Counted from the first letter of the stretch, positions 9,555 through 19,932 are shown. The stretch is 64,000 nucleotides of DNA from Candidatus Hydrogenedentota bacterium (GCA_034669905.1 JAXMOL010000015.1:32001-96000), one strand, 5' to 3'. Notes: a model not told the origin generated them from the letters alone. Program-made: numbers and translations.

Positions 9555-10856
9555 ATGGGTAAAATCCCCTCGATCAATCGACGTCGCTTTCTGACGCGCA
9601 CGGGCAAGGCCCTGGGCGTGGGCGCGGTATTCTTAACAGGCACCAAATCGGGCCGGGCCAATGCTGCACGGGTTACCCCGTCGGACCAGGTGCGCATTGC
9701 CGTCATTGGCACCGGCGGCATGGGGGGACGCCATGTGGAGGCCCTCGCGGAAAATTCCAATTGCCATATGGTCGCCCTCTGTGACGTGGCCAAGGGCCGC
9801 TACCACAACCGCCTCGACAAAGTAGAGGAAATGACGGGCCGCCGCCCCGAAGGCTTCCAGGACTTTCGCTACGTATTGGACCGCGATGATATTGATGGGG
9901 TCTTTATCGCCACGCCTGACCACTGGCACCCCCTCCTCGCCATCAAGGGCTGCGAAGCGGGCAAAGACGTCTATGTAGAAAAACCCGCCGCCCCCACCGT
10001 CGCCGAAGGGCGCGCCATGGTGGAGGCCGCACGGCGCTATGGCCGGGTCATGCAGTTGGGTACCCAGCAGCGTTCCATGCCCGTCTTCCAAAAAGCCATT
10101 GATATCGTCCGCAGTGGACGCCTCGGTCAGATTACCTCCGCCAGCGCGTGGGTCAATGTGAATGGGTGGGGCGTGGGGCTGAACGAGGAGCCCGTCCCCA
10201 ATGGACTTGATTGGGATCTCTGGCTCGGACCCTCCCCCTATGAGCCCTTTTCCATGGGACGTTATGGCGGCTTCATGGGCCACCACGACTACGCCCGGGG
10301 TGGACAACTCACCAACTGGGGCGTCCACCTCATGGATATCGTGCATTGGGGTATCGGACAGGACAAGCCCCTCAACGTACAGGCCATCGGTACGAGCCCC
10401 CGGGGCGGGGCGGGTAGCCAGAACTTCGAAAGCATCGACAGCATCTGGGAATACCCCGGCGTCAATGTTACGTGGGAACAGCGCCACTCCAACGAGCACG
10501 GCGGCAAGGGCCTGGGCATCATGTTCCAGGGCACCGAAGGCAAACTCATTGTGGACCGGGCCACCTTTAAGGTCTTCCCCGATAGCCTCGGCATCGAAGA
10601 ATTCATCGGCGAACCGGAAAAAAGTTGGGCCAATGCCGATCACCACAATAACTTCTTCGACTGCGTCCGCACGCGGAAAAAGCCCGCAGCCGATATCGAG
10701 CAGGGCGTCCGTTCGACCATACCCGTGCTGCTCGCCGGCATCGCCCTGAAGACCCGCCGCAAACTCAACTGGGACGGCGAAGCCGAACAGTTTATTAACG
10801 ATGACGCCGCCAATCGCTACCTCAGCCGGGCCTATCGTCCGCCCTGGCACCTCTAG
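9555..10856 (+). CDS. Tat-exported Gfo/Idh/MocA oxidoreductase
   Basis: NRRRFL Tat signal, IGTGGMG, ATPDHWH, YVEKP, WDLWLGP, WGVHLMD. Confidence 0.9.
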   Translation: MGKIPSINRRRFLTRTGKALGVGAVFLTGTKSGRANAARVTPSDQVRIAVIGTGGMGGRHVEALAENSNCHMVALCDVAKGRYHNRLDKVEEMTGRRPEGFQDFRYVLDRDDIDGVFIATPDHWHPLLAIKGCEAGKDVYVEKPAAPTVAEGRAMVEAARRYGRVMQLGTQQRSMPVFQKAIDIVRSGRLGQITSASAWVNVNGWGVGLNEEPVPNGLDWDLWLGPSPYEPFSMGRYGGFMGHHDYARGGQLTNWGVHLMDIVHWGIGQDKPLNVQAIGTSPRGGAGSQNFESIDSIWEYPGVNVTWEQRHSNEHGGKGLGIMFQGTEGKLIVDRATFKVFPDSLGIEEFIGEPEKSWANADHHNNFFDCVRTRKKPAADIEQGVRSTIPVLLAGIALKTRRKLNWDGEAEQFINDDAANRYLSRAYRPPWHL

Positions 10857-10909
10857 GCCGTCCACTCGAATCCCCTATCCCCTTACTTTGACCATCTGAG
10901 GATGTTTTC

Positions 10910-12985
10910 ATGAACTACCGAATGCTTACGACCCGGCTTGGCGTGGCCGCCGCCTTGCTAGTATGCGGCTCCGTAGCCGTCGCCGAAGCCCCCCGCCCTA
11001 CGCTGGACGAACTCGTCCAGGACCTTCGCGGCGGCGACGAGATAAAACGCAGTCTTGCACGCCAATTTATTCCCCGATATGGCATCGGCACCATGGCGCA
11101 GTTGATTCCCCTCCTTAAGGAGGAGAATGCCTCCATCTCCTGGGCGGCCAACAAGGTCATCCTCGACATTGCCAACGATGTGAGCGTGCCGGGTCGGGAA
11201 GCCGATCGGGCCACCGTGGCGAAACAACTGCTGGACGCCCTGGCCGCCACCGACGTGCAGACGGAGCAGTTCACCCTGCTGCGCATCCTGCCCATTGTCA
11301 TCCCCGAAGGGGCCGACCTTTCCGCCATCGACGCCCTCCTTTATCAGGACCATACCCGGGAGCGTGCACGTCGGGCCCTCCAGGAAAGCGGCACCACGGA
11401 AGCCCGGACCGCCCTTCGCACGGCCCTGCCCAAGGTAGACGCAACCTTTGCATGTGCCCTGATGGATGCCCTGGATAAAACAGGCGACGCAAAGGCTATC
11501 CCCCTGATTGCCCACAAACTGGCCCAGGGAACGCCCGCCGAACAGGCCGCCGCCGCCCGGGCCCTGGCCCCCACCGGTGACCCGGCTTACCGGGAGCCCT
11601 TCCTCGCGCTGGCCCGCACCATCGACATTAACCACCGTTTCGCCGTGGAAGATGCCACCCTACGCCTGGCCGACGCTATGGCAGTCAACGGTGGTGCCTG
11701 GGATGCCAGCATGGCCCTCTTCCGCGCCGTCCTTAAACAGTCCGAGAACCCGGTCATTCAGGGCGGGGCCCTGGCCGGACTCGGCCGTCGGGGCGATGCC
11801 TCGGTGATGGACACGATCCTCGGCACGTGGGCCGGCGACGCATCGGGGCTCCTCGAAGCGCCCGCCATGGCGGCCATCGAGGCGTTGAACGATCCCGCGG
11901 TGCCCGAGCGCCTCATGACGGCCTTTCCCGACCAGTCCCCCGCAATCCAGGAGCGCCTCCTCGGCATCATGGCCCGTACCCAGGACCCGCGCTACCTGCC
12001 CCTGTTTGAAGGAGCCGAATCCCTGTCGCCCGCCCTCCGCATCGATGCCCTGTCCCAGTATCACGTCCCCCAGAGCATCCCGTTGCTGGAAGCCCTCGCG
12101 ACCACGGATGACGACGGGCACGCCGCAAAAGCCGCTGAGGCCATTCGCACCATGGCTACTGCCTTCCGCGATCGGGGAAATCCGCAAGGCACCGGTCGGG
12201 CTTACCTGGCCCTCTATCGCATCGCCACAGATGACGCAGGCCGTGCCGAAGCACTCGAAGGCATCAAAGCCTACCCCGTGGCCGAAGCCTATGATGAATT
12301 GAAGAGCGCCCTCGGAGAAGATGGACTCCTGGAGCTTTCTCCCCAGGTACTCACGGGTATGGCCCGTGTATTGGCCGAGGCACAGCGCGGCGAAGAAGCC
12401 AATCTCCTCAAGACCGCCTTACTGACGCGCGCCACCGATACGGGTACGGTTCAGCAGTTGATTCAGATGGGCCCCGTCTCCGGTAGTGCGGAAGATTTCG
12501 CCCGCCAGCTGGGTTTCATCAACGAATGGCACATCGCCCTGCCCTTTCCGCTGAAGGATGCGCCCACCGATGGCCGCCCCGTGATGCTTGACGGCACCGT
12601 GGATCTCACCGCTTCCTTTGGGGAAGGCGACCAGACGGTTTCCTGGACGCCCACGAAGGGGGCGGGCGCTATGGCGCTCGTCAACTTCCCCCTCCAGGAT
12701 CAGGTCCGCGCCTTCGCCTATGCCACCATCCACGTAGCAGAAGGGCAAGACGCTACCCTGCGCATCGGTAGCGACGATGGGGTCCGCGCCTGGGTCAACG
12801 GTGTCCAGGTTCATGAAAACATTACCGACCGCGGCACCGCCTTGGACAACGACCTCGTCCCTGTAAAACTGCAAGGGGGCGACAACACCATCTTGTTGGA
12901 AATCATCCAGCATGGGGGCGGCTGGAACTTCTGCGCACGCCTCACAACACCAGAAGGCGCGCCGTTGACGTTTGAGCAGAAATAG
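10910..12985 (+). CDS. Secreted HEAT-repeat protein with C-terminal PA14-like beta domain
   Basis: Signal peptide, alpha-helical Ala/Leu repeats, GSDDGVRAWVNG...GGWNFCARL terminus. Confidence 0.72.
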   Translation: MNYRMLTTRLGVAAALLVCGSVAVAEAPRPTLDELVQDLRGGDEIKRSLARQFIPRYGIGTMAQLIPLLKEENASISWAANKVILDIANDVSVPGREADRATVAKQLLDALAATDVQTEQFTLLRILPIVIPEGADLSAIDALLYQDHTRERARRALQESGTTEARTALRTALPKVDATFACALMDALDKTGDAKAIPLIAHKLAQGTPAEQAAAARALAPTGDPAYREPFLALARTIDINHRFAVEDATLRLADAMAVNGGAWDASMALFRAVLKQSENPVIQGGALAGLGRRGDASVMDTILGTWAGDASGLLEAPAMAAIEALNDPAVPERLMTAFPDQSPAIQERLLGIMARTQDPRYLPLFEGAESLSPALRIDALSQYHVPQSIPLLEALATTDDDGHAAKAAEAIRTMATAFRDRGNPQGTGRAYLALYRIATDDAGRAEALEGIKAYPVAEAYDELKSALGEDGLLELSPQVLTGMARVLAEAQRGEEANLLKTALLTRATDTGTVQQLIQMGPVSGSAEDFARQLGFINEWHIALPFPLKDAPTDGRPVMLDGTVDLTASFGEGDQTVSWTPTKGAGAMALVNFPLQDQVRAFAYATIHVAEGQDATLRIGSDDGVRAWVNGVQVHENITDRGTALDNDLVPVKLQGGDNTILLEIIQHGGGWNFCARLTTPEGAPLTFEQK

Positions 12986-13030
12986 GCGATGTGCTTTGCG
13001 AGTAGAACAGATCGGCCAAAAACTTCCCTT

Positions 13031-13282
13031 GTGCCGCGCGATCCCGAGGCACGAGGATCGGAGACGCGCTGTGGAGCGTTCGTACGCCCTTTGGAATTTT
13101 CGTGCGCATGGCGCACGTGTGGCGTTGCTGCAGCACGAAAGGCTCGTGCATGCGAGGATTCCCAGATGGTGAACCAGCGCGTACGCCGGGATAACCGCCC
13201 TTGCACGGGGTCGTTTCTCCTAAACGCGCACGAACCCGCCATGGCGCGTCTACGACGCATCCATCGCGGGATCGCGCGGCAC
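13031..13282. repeat. MITE/REPIN-like element with terminal inverted repeats (family C)
   Basis: GTGCCGCGCGATCCCG (13031-13046) and CGGGATCGCGCGGCAC (13267-13282), with imperfect complementarity extending inward. Confidence 0.72.
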
Positions 13283-13291
13283 GACGGGTCT

Positions 13292-13750
13292 ATGCTGGTG
13301 ACACCTCATGGTCATGGCCCCATCGCCCCCCGTCTATTCTCTCCCTACCCCAAGAATCCGGTTATCGCCCGCGTATTTAAAGAAATTGGCTGGGCGGACG
13401 AACTAGGTTCTGGCGTACGCAAGCTGTTCCGCTATGGAAAGGCCTTCGGGGGGCACGACCCAGTGCTACTGGAGGGCGACATATTTCGTATCAATCTCCC
13501 TCTCGCGGGCGAAGGATCTGAAGGGTTGGTAGAAGGGTTGGTAGAAGGGTTGGTAGAAGGGTTGGTAGAAAACCAGCAAGCGATTGTCAGACTCATTCGT
13601 AGAAATCCGCGCATTTCTAAAAGGGAGATGGCTGAGCAAGTTGGAATAAGTACGACCGCTATCGACAAAAACATCGAAACCTTGAAAGGGAAAGGTATTG
13701 TGCAGCGAGTGGGGTCTGACAAACATGGCCACTGGGAGGTCTTGCCATGA
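13292..13750 (+). pseudogene. C-terminal remnant of an AlbA/HATPase_c_4 ('RecG C-terminal') winged-HTH protein
   Basis: PKNPVIARVFKEIGWADELGSGV and C-terminal ISKREMAEQVGISTTAIDKNI...RVGSDKHGHWEV; the N-terminal region expected for this family is absent. Confidence 0.65.
13520..13570 (+). repeat. 12-bp coding tandem repeat (GAAGGGTTGGTA x4)
   Basis: Four exact copies encoding EGLV x4. Confidence 0.95.
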
Positions 13751-14133
13751 AGCACAAGGGAGTCTACGCGAGTTCACCCGAGGCAGAAGAGGCCCTACGA
13801 CGCTTCCTGAACCAGTTCGCCCTTCCCGGCAAACGGGCACGCTATCTCGATCTCATTTCCCGTCCCAAATCACGGCGGAAATTCCTCAACACCCTGTCCC
13901 ATGAGCTTGAAAGCCACCTGGACCCCGCCAATCGCGTAGAACAGCTTTCGGCGAAGCAACTGGCCCTGCCCGGTTTTCGTTTTGACCACCACCACGATTT
14001 CGGCGAACCAATTGACACACTGGCGACGGTCTGTACCTCATTCGACGAAGATGTTCTTATCGTATCCACGGATGGAAACGTTGGGATGCACGGGCCGGAC
14101 TATATGGACGGACGAACTTTTTATTGCGCGTAA
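13747..14133 (+). CDS. Hypothetical protein
   Basis: 128 aa ORF, GGAGG RBS, ATGA overlap with the upstream stop. Confidence 0.6.
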   Translation: MKHKGVYASSPEAEEALRRFLNQFALPGKRARYLDLISRPKSRRKFLNTLSHELESHLDPANRVEQLSAKQLALPGFRFDHHHDFGEPIDTLATVCTSFDEDVLIVSTDGNVGMHGPDYMDGRTFYCA

Positions 14134-14174
14134 TCATTAAATACAGCGTTTGAACAGAAATAGGAAAGCCTATC

Positions 14175-15293
14175 ATGATGACATCCACATTACTTGCTAC
14201 CGCGCTCTGCATTGCGGCTGCCGAACCCTCGGTCCTCTTTGAACGGACCAAAATCGGCAACACCACCTATGAAGCCGCCTCCGTCTTCGACGTGGACAAC
14301 GACGGCCATGTGGACATCGTATCTGGCGGCTTCTGGCATGCCGGGCCGGAATTCACCACGGCCCACAAAATTTGCGACATCCTCCAGGTGGATGATTACT
14401 ACGACGATTTCAGTGATTACCCCATGGACGTGAATGGCGATGGCTATCTGGACATCGTGACGGGTGGTTGGTTTGGGCAGACTCTTTACTGGCGGGAGAA
14501 CCCCAAAGGCCAGCCGGTTGAGTGGACCACCCACACGGTCGCAAAAACCGGCAACATCGAGCGGTGCTCCTTCTTCGACCTGGACGGCGATGGGCACATG
14601 GAAGTCTTTGCCACCACCAGTCCGGTGCACTATTTCCGGTTGGTGCGGGACGAAAACGGCGTGGGGCAGGGCCGCTTTGAGCAATACACCATCCCGGAAA
14701 ACGGCGGCGGACACGGCTTTGGCTGTGGCGACGTGAATGGCGACGGACGGCCCGACCTGATTTTCTCGGGCGGTTGGATGGAAGCCTCTGAAGACCCCTA
14801 CGATGTCCATGGTTGGAAATGGCATCCCGAATTCAATCTCGGCACCGCTTCCGTACCCATCCTCGTCCACGATGTAAACGGCGACGGCAAGAACGACCTC
14901 ATCGTCGGCGGCGCCCACGGCTATGGCCTCTGGTGGTATGAACAGGGCGCGCCGGGCGAATGGACCCAGCACGTCATCGAAACACACCGCAGCCAGTTCC
15001 ATGAGATGCAGCTCGCCGACATGGACAACGACGGTGCCCTGGAGCTCGTCACGGGCAAGCGCTACCGTGCCCACCGGGGCCACGATGCGGGCGGCCATGA
15101 TCCCCTCTTCACGGTCTATTACGATATCGACCCTGCTGGCTTTACGCGCCACACCGTAGACTACGGCCCCGCAGGCCAGGCCAGCGGCATTGGTATCTAT
15201 TGCTGGATCACCGACATCGACGGCAATGACTGGAAAGACATCGTCGCACCGGGTAAGGATGGGCTCTATCTCTTCCGGGGACTGGGGCGCTGA
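14175..15293 (+). CDS. Secreted FG-GAP/VCBS repeat protein
   Basis: Signal peptide and repeated DVNGDGxxD motifs. Confidence 0.9.
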   Translation: MMTSTLLATALCIAAAEPSVLFERTKIGNTTYEAASVFDVDNDGHVDIVSGGFWHAGPEFTTAHKICDILQVDDYYDDFSDYPMDVNGDGYLDIVTGGWFGQTLYWRENPKGQPVEWTTHTVAKTGNIERCSFFDLDGDGHMEVFATTSPVHYFRLVRDENGVGQGRFEQYTIPENGGGHGFGCGDVNGDGRPDLIFSGGWMEASEDPYDVHGWKWHPEFNLGTASVPILVHDVNGDGKNDLIVGGAHGYGLWWYEQGAPGEWTQHVIETHRSQFHEMQLADMDNDGALELVTGKRYRAHRGHDAGGHDPLFTVYYDIDPAGFTRHTVDYGPAGQASGIGIYCWITDIDGNDWKDIVAPGKDGLYLFRGLGR

Positions 15294-15326
15294 ACTACAG
15301 GACGAGACGGTCGAATCCAACTTTCG

Positions 15327-15361
15327 GGCGGTGTCATCGATGGTGACACCGTCTTTTTTTT
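15327..15361 (+). terminator. Rho-independent terminator
   Basis: GGCGGTGTCA...TGACACCGTC followed by T8. Confidence 0.75.
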
Positions 15362-15514
15362 GGGCTGATTCTCCATCGGGTATGCTAGGCTCTATGGTAC
15401 ATAAGGGAGCGCAAAAATTTGCGCGCGCGTTACACAAGATTGGCTTCTGACTCGGACAGGCTTGGGAACACCGCCCATCCAGAGTCTACCCGACATTTTT
15501 CCTGGAGTTGGATT

Positions 15515-16330
15515 TTGCAAGACAAATCGCCCAGAGTATCCGAGGCTCCTCCCCTTACATATGACAAGCTCCATCTGGCATTTAACAGGAGCTTAAGTAG
15601 CGCGTTATTCTACGTCGCGACCGGCGTTGCGTTTATGTACGCCGGTCTCTCAATCGGACATGCGCTGACCCTGCCGGCCCATTACCGCATGACCCTGACG
15701 ATCGCCGCTGTTACCGCCATGCTCGTACAGGGCACGATCGCGCTCTACGGTTGGCGGCACCCCTTCCCCCCCCGTTTCGCCCACGCCATCGGCACCCTGA
15801 TTCTTGCCACGCTCATCGTGAACAGCGCCATGCATCTGGGCCTTTCCGGCGAAGAAAAACATGCTTCCAATCTCGCCCTCATCATCGTATCGGCAGGCTG
15901 CTTTCTCCTTTCCCTTGCCTGGTGGTCAGGTGTCGTGGTGAGTTGCATTATTGCCTGGGCCCTGATCAGTGTCGCCTACATCCCGTCTCCAGACTGGATG
16001 CACTACGGCTTTATGCATTTCATCTGCCTGAGCCTCTCGGCCATCGTGATACAGGTGCGCCGCAAGAGCATCGAATCCAATGAACAGTTGCGGCTCGCCG
16101 ATGTGGCACGACTTCAGGAACTGGAAGCGGCACTCCGTGACATCAAGGTGCTGGAAGGCATGATTCCCATCTGCGCGTGGTGCAAGAAAATCCGAGACGA
16201 CGAAGGGTTCTGGAGCGAGGTGGAAAACTACGTCAGTCGTAAGACCAAGGCCACATTCTCCCATGGCCTCTGCCCCACCTGCGAAGAAAAACACTTCAGC
16301 GAGGTCCGCCGAAATCGCAATCGCCCCTGA
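15515..16330 (+). CDS. Multi-TM membrane protein with C-terminal IPICAWCKKIRD...HGLCPTC Cys-rich domain
   Basis: About 6 hydrophobic helices, a coiled coil, and two CxxC motifs; start uncertain (TTG after GGAG). Confidence 0.72.
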   Translation: MQDKSPRVSEAPPLTYDKLHLAFNRSLSSALFYVATGVAFMYAGLSIGHALTLPAHYRMTLTIAAVTAMLVQGTIALYGWRHPFPPRFAHAIGTLILATLIVNSAMHLGLSGEEKHASNLALIIVSAGCFLLSLAWWSGVVVSCIIAWALISVAYIPSPDWMHYGFMHFICLSLSAIVIQVRRKSIESNEQLRLADVARLQELEAALRDIKVLEGMIPICAWCKKIRDDEGFWSEVENYVSRKTKATFSHGLCPTCEEKHFSEVRRNRNRP

Positions 16331-16530
16331 TCTGCCGTCTTTCCGAACGCTATTTCCGACGCCCGTCCAGCCTGCCCCCGTCACACCCGCGAGATTGGCG
16401 ACCTTCCGTTTCGGTCGTGACAACCGACCCAAAAAGAAATCCACCCTGTTTTTCGACACACCGTTCCTGCCATGCCCATCTCCCCGTGCTACGATAAGGG
16501 TTCATCAACCCCCACAAGGAGCACCTGATC

Positions 16531-17061
16531 ATGCACGAAGAGCGCCGCACCCATTCCGGAGACAATCCGTCGTACATTGATTCCTTGTTAGCCTACCTCG
16601 GCGACCGCGATCCCCTGGAGTCCTTTGCGGAAACACCGGCGGACCTGCGGAACGCCACATCCGGCCTGTCGGAGACCCAGCTACAGACGCCAGAGGCACC
16701 CGACAAATGGTCGGTACTCAACGTGGTGCAGCACCTGGGGCACTCGGAGCTCGCCGTCGGACTCCGCTACCGCATGGTCCTTTCAGAAGTGGCCCCGCCG
16801 TTACACGCCATGGATCAGGACCACTGGGTAGACGCCCTCTATCCCGATGACGTATCGCTGGCAGAAGCCCTCGAAGACTTTGATGCCCTGCGCGCCGTCA
16901 ACCTGCGGCTGCTGCGACGGGTCACGGGTTCGCAATGGCAACGCCACGGCGTGCACAACGAACGGGGTAAAGAAACCCTCGCCTTTATGGTCCGCCTTTA
17001 CGCCGCCCATGACCGCTATCACCTCCACCAGATTCAGCGGATTCTGGACGCACAGGGGTAG
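16531..17061 (+). CDS. DinB-family protein
   Basis: KWSVLNVVQHL...HDRYHLHQI metal-binding His pattern; AAGGAG RBS. Confidence 0.88.
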   Translation: MHEERRTHSGDNPSYIDSLLAYLGDRDPLESFAETPADLRNATSGLSETQLQTPEAPDKWSVLNVVQHLGHSELAVGLRYRMVLSEVAPPLHAMDQDHWVDALYPDDVSLAEALEDFDALRAVNLRLLRRVTGSQWQRHGVHNERGKETLAFMVRLYAAHDRYHLHQIQRILDAQG

Positions 17062-17093
17062 GGCCAAGGGTCTGCGCGCCGAGAGGTGCCGCC

Positions 17094-18770
17094 CTACTCC
17101 CGCTCTAACAACAGCAGTTTCTGCCCCTTACCCAGCCAGGTCGAATAGGGCAGTTCTTCCCGCACCCGGTAGCCAGGCCGCTCATACCACGCAATCGCGT
17201 AGGTGTCGTCCACCACCCACCAGCCGCGGGGACCGGACTCAATAAAGGCGGCCGCTCCGTGGACGTTGATGTAGTGGTGGCTCGTGTACCAGCCGTTGAA
17301 TTCATAGCCACCGTCGATCGATTCAGGGTGGATGTCTGCTTTCATGAGGCCGTCCAGGGCCCGCCATCGGGCCTGGTTCCCGGCGAGATAGTCATGTTGT
17401 GCCGCCACACTGAACCCGTAGAGCGCCAGGAGACACCCCGCCTGGACAACACGCAGCCCCCTACCCGACATCGGAGAGGCACCGGCCAGGAGTACGAGCA
17501 CCGGCACCAGGGCACCGAGGAGATACCGGTCAAAGCGAACGGGAAGTAAGGGGTGGTAGAGGGCCACCACGCTCAACACGGCCCACAGCCCGAGAAAGAG
17601 GGTCCGCCGATGGGCCACCGTCCACGTTACGCCCACGCGCCCCCGAAGCCACACCAGGGCGCTCACGAGCAGCCACGCCGCACCTGCCAGGGCCGGTAGC
17701 GTGAGCAGCCACCATCCGTCCCCCCACGTCAGGGGCGACCAGGCGTTCCCTTCCCCCACGGCCCCCCGAAGGGTCCGGGGACCAAGTCCCACGTCGTAGA
17801 GGATGTTTCCCAGGTAGGGCATCCGACGGGGGGCGTAGGCCATGGCCATCGTCCCCAGAGCCAGCCCCACCACCAGCGTCCAGACCGAACGGCGCTTCCA
17901 GCAGCCCGAATCGTCCCGGAACCACGCCCACGCGGCGGCCACGAGGAGGGGGGTGCTGAACAGGGCCAGGTAGGCCAGGGCCACGGTGTAGAATTTCGCT
18001 CCCCCGTAAAGCTGAAGCCACAGGGTCTCCCCCAGATATTCGGGTATCCAGACATGGCCCAGGGCATCCGCCTGTCGGGGCAACAGGCCGTAAATCCCCA
18101 GGGCCACCAGCCAGGGCCCAACGAGCGCCCCCGCCTGCACGAGCCCTGCGCGATGAAAGCGGAGCGTCCGCCACTGGGGCAGGCACGCCAGCAGAAAGGC
18201 AAGGAGCACCAACGGGGCAAACTGGCGCACGAGAAAGGCCAGGGCCCCAAAACAGGAGCCCCAGAGGAGCCAGCGCACGCCGGGCACCCCCACGGCACGG
18301 ACATAGCCATAACCCGACAGGGCCATCAGGGCCAGAAAGGGTACATCGGTCATAAAGGTATAGCCCAGATTGAGGGCCAGGGGGTTGGCAATGACCAGAC
18401 ATCCCGCCAGCGATGCGGCCCATCGATCGGCCCCAAGGCAACGGGCCATCTGCCCGGTGGTCACGGCGGCGACGGCCCACAATACCAAGGTAGACCAGCG
18501 GAGCACTTCAAAGCTGAAGCCAAGTACCCCGCAAAACAGGGCGCCCCACCCGGCCTGGGCCACCAGGGTCGCCGTGCTGAAGGGATGGCCCCCATAGGAC
18601 CCGGAGGCGAGCCAGTCGAGCACAGCACGGCTGTAGATCCAGTCGTCATTCAGCGGAAATTCCCCGGAAGGGGGCACCAGAAGCAGGGCGACGGCCCACA
18701 GCATCAACGGAGCCAGGACCACGACCCGCCCGTCTTCCCCGGCACCCGATCTGGCCACCGTGGTGCTCAT
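17094..18770 (-). CDS. GT-C fold (ArnT/PMT-like) membrane glycosyltransferase
   Basis: PLNDDWIY loop, FMTDVPFL, FLVRQ, FDRY; many TM helices. Confidence 0.75.
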   Translation of the reverse strand: MSTTVARSGAGEDGRVVVLAPLMLWAVALLLVPPSGEFPLNDDWIYSRAVLDWLASGSYGGHPFSTATLVAQAGWGALFCGVLGFSFEVLRWSTLVLWAVAAVTTGQMARCLGADRWAASLAGCLVIANPLALNLGYTFMTDVPFLALMALSGYGYVRAVGVPGVRWLLWGSCFGALAFLVRQFAPLVLLAFLLACLPQWRTLRFHRAGLVQAGALVGPWLVALGIYGLLPRQADALGHVWIPEYLGETLWLQLYGGAKFYTVALAYLALFSTPLLVAAAWAWFRDDSGCWKRRSVWTLVVGLALGTMAMAYAPRRMPYLGNILYDVGLGPRTLRGAVGEGNAWSPLTWGDGWWLLTLPALAGAAWLLVSALVWLRGRVGVTWTVAHRRTLFLGLWAVLSVVALYHPLLPVRFDRYLLGALVPVLVLLAGASPMSGRGLRVVQAGCLLALYGFSVAAQHDYLAGNQARWRALDGLMKADIHPESIDGGYEFNGWYTSHHYINVHGAAAFIESGPRGWWVVDDTYAIAWYERPGYRVREELPYSTWLGKGQKLLLLERE

Positions 18771-19156
18771 CAGGCCTGATTTTTGGTCAGGAAGGCCTCT
18801 ACCCGGTCGCGGTGATCCCCCTGCAGCTCGACTGCGTCGTCTTTATAGACCCCGCCCGTGGCGCAATGCTTGCGCAGGGCCTTCAGGAGGGCATTGCCAT
18901 CGCCGGAAACATTCTTGATGACCGTCACCAACTTACCGGCCGCACGCTTCTCAAAGGAGACGGGCCAGCCCCCTTTGCGGGTCTTGGCCACCCGATAGGG
19001 CAGGGCGGGTGCCTCCACTATCTCTGCGAGGGGCGCCTCCTTGGGCGGGGGCGCATCGGGCAGTTGTTCTTTCAGGCCCCCCAGGGCCCCAAAGGGGGAG
19101 TCGGTCAGGGAATCACGGCCCTGCGAGACGTCAATACGTTTTTTCTTGGCAGCCAT
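18770..19156 (-). CDS. SUI1-family translation initiation factor (YciH-like)
   Basis: GKLVTVI...LRKHCATGG...ELQGDHR. Confidence 0.85.
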   Translation of the reverse strand: MAAKKKRIDVSQGRDSLTDSPFGALGGLKEQLPDAPPPKEAPLAEIVEAPALPYRVAKTRKGGWPVSFEKRAAGKLVTVIKNVSGDGNALLKALRKHCATGGVYKDDAVELQGDHRDRVEAFLTKNQA

Positions 19157-19406
19157 GGGTACTCCGTTGGGCAAGGTTAGAATGGGACCCTATTGTAAGG
19201 AAAACTACGGAATTTAACAACCCGATGCCCTACAATGACTTAGAAAAATGCATGGTGTCGTTTACTTCTTTCAGAAGTCCAGCCGATGACATTGCGGGTC
19301 GAATCTCCATTGAATGTTCGGCGGCGTGGCACGGTCCGGTTCACCTGGGCCGGGCATGGACTGTACTTTCTACGAATGGTATACTTCAGGAAGAGGAATT
19401 CAGGCT

Positions 19407-19928
19407 ATGTTGTGCCAAAAATGCCATAAAAGACCGGGTACCATTCGCTATGCCGAAGTGGTCGATGGACGGGTTACGGACCAATTCTGGTGTTCCGAGT
19501 GTCTCGCCAACCAACGCTCAGGACAGGAAGGCTTCGAAATATCGGAAGTTTCCCCCACCCGGCCCAATCGCGACTCGATCCATAGCGTGGTCAGCCGGGT
19601 TGTACGTGCCCAACGGGCCTGCCCGGAGTGCGATACCCAGTTACAGACGGTTTTCGCCACGGATCGGGTGGGCTGTGCCGCGTGCTATGCCACCTTTAAG
19701 GATGAACTGGGCGATCTGCTGAGTAAGCTCCATGGCCGTGTGGCCCATCGGGGCAAAGCAGCACACTTGACCGATGCCCGGACTCAGTTGCGCTCGGATC
19801 TCCGGTCGAAACGGGCCTTGCTGCGCAGTATGCTCAAGGCAGAGAACTACGAAGAAGCGGCCACCCTGCGGGACGAAATTCGCTCTTTGGAGGCTGGTCT
19901 CTATATGTCTGAATCAGGAGCGGATTAA
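19407..19928 (+). CDS. mcsA: McsA (four CxxC plus UVR domain)
   Basis: CQKC, CSEC, CPEC, CAAC; ENYEEAATLRDEI; adjacent to mcsB-clpC. Confidence 0.9.
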   Translation: MLCQKCHKRPGTIRYAEVVDGRVTDQFWCSECLANQRSGQEGFEISEVSPTRPNRDSIHSVVSRVVRAQRACPECDTQLQTVFATDRVGCAACYATFKDELGDLLSKLHGRVAHRGKAAHLTDARTQLRSDLRSKRALLRSMLKAENYEEAATLRDEIRSLEAGLYMSESGAD

Positions 19929-19932
19929 CGCC

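Noticed and set aside
12989..13291. N-terminal third of the 253-aa ORF
   Set aside because: It translates through the family C inverted-repeat element and is not protein-like.
19200..19406. CtsR operator upstream of mcsA
   Set aside because: No GGTCAAA-type direct heptad repeats seen.
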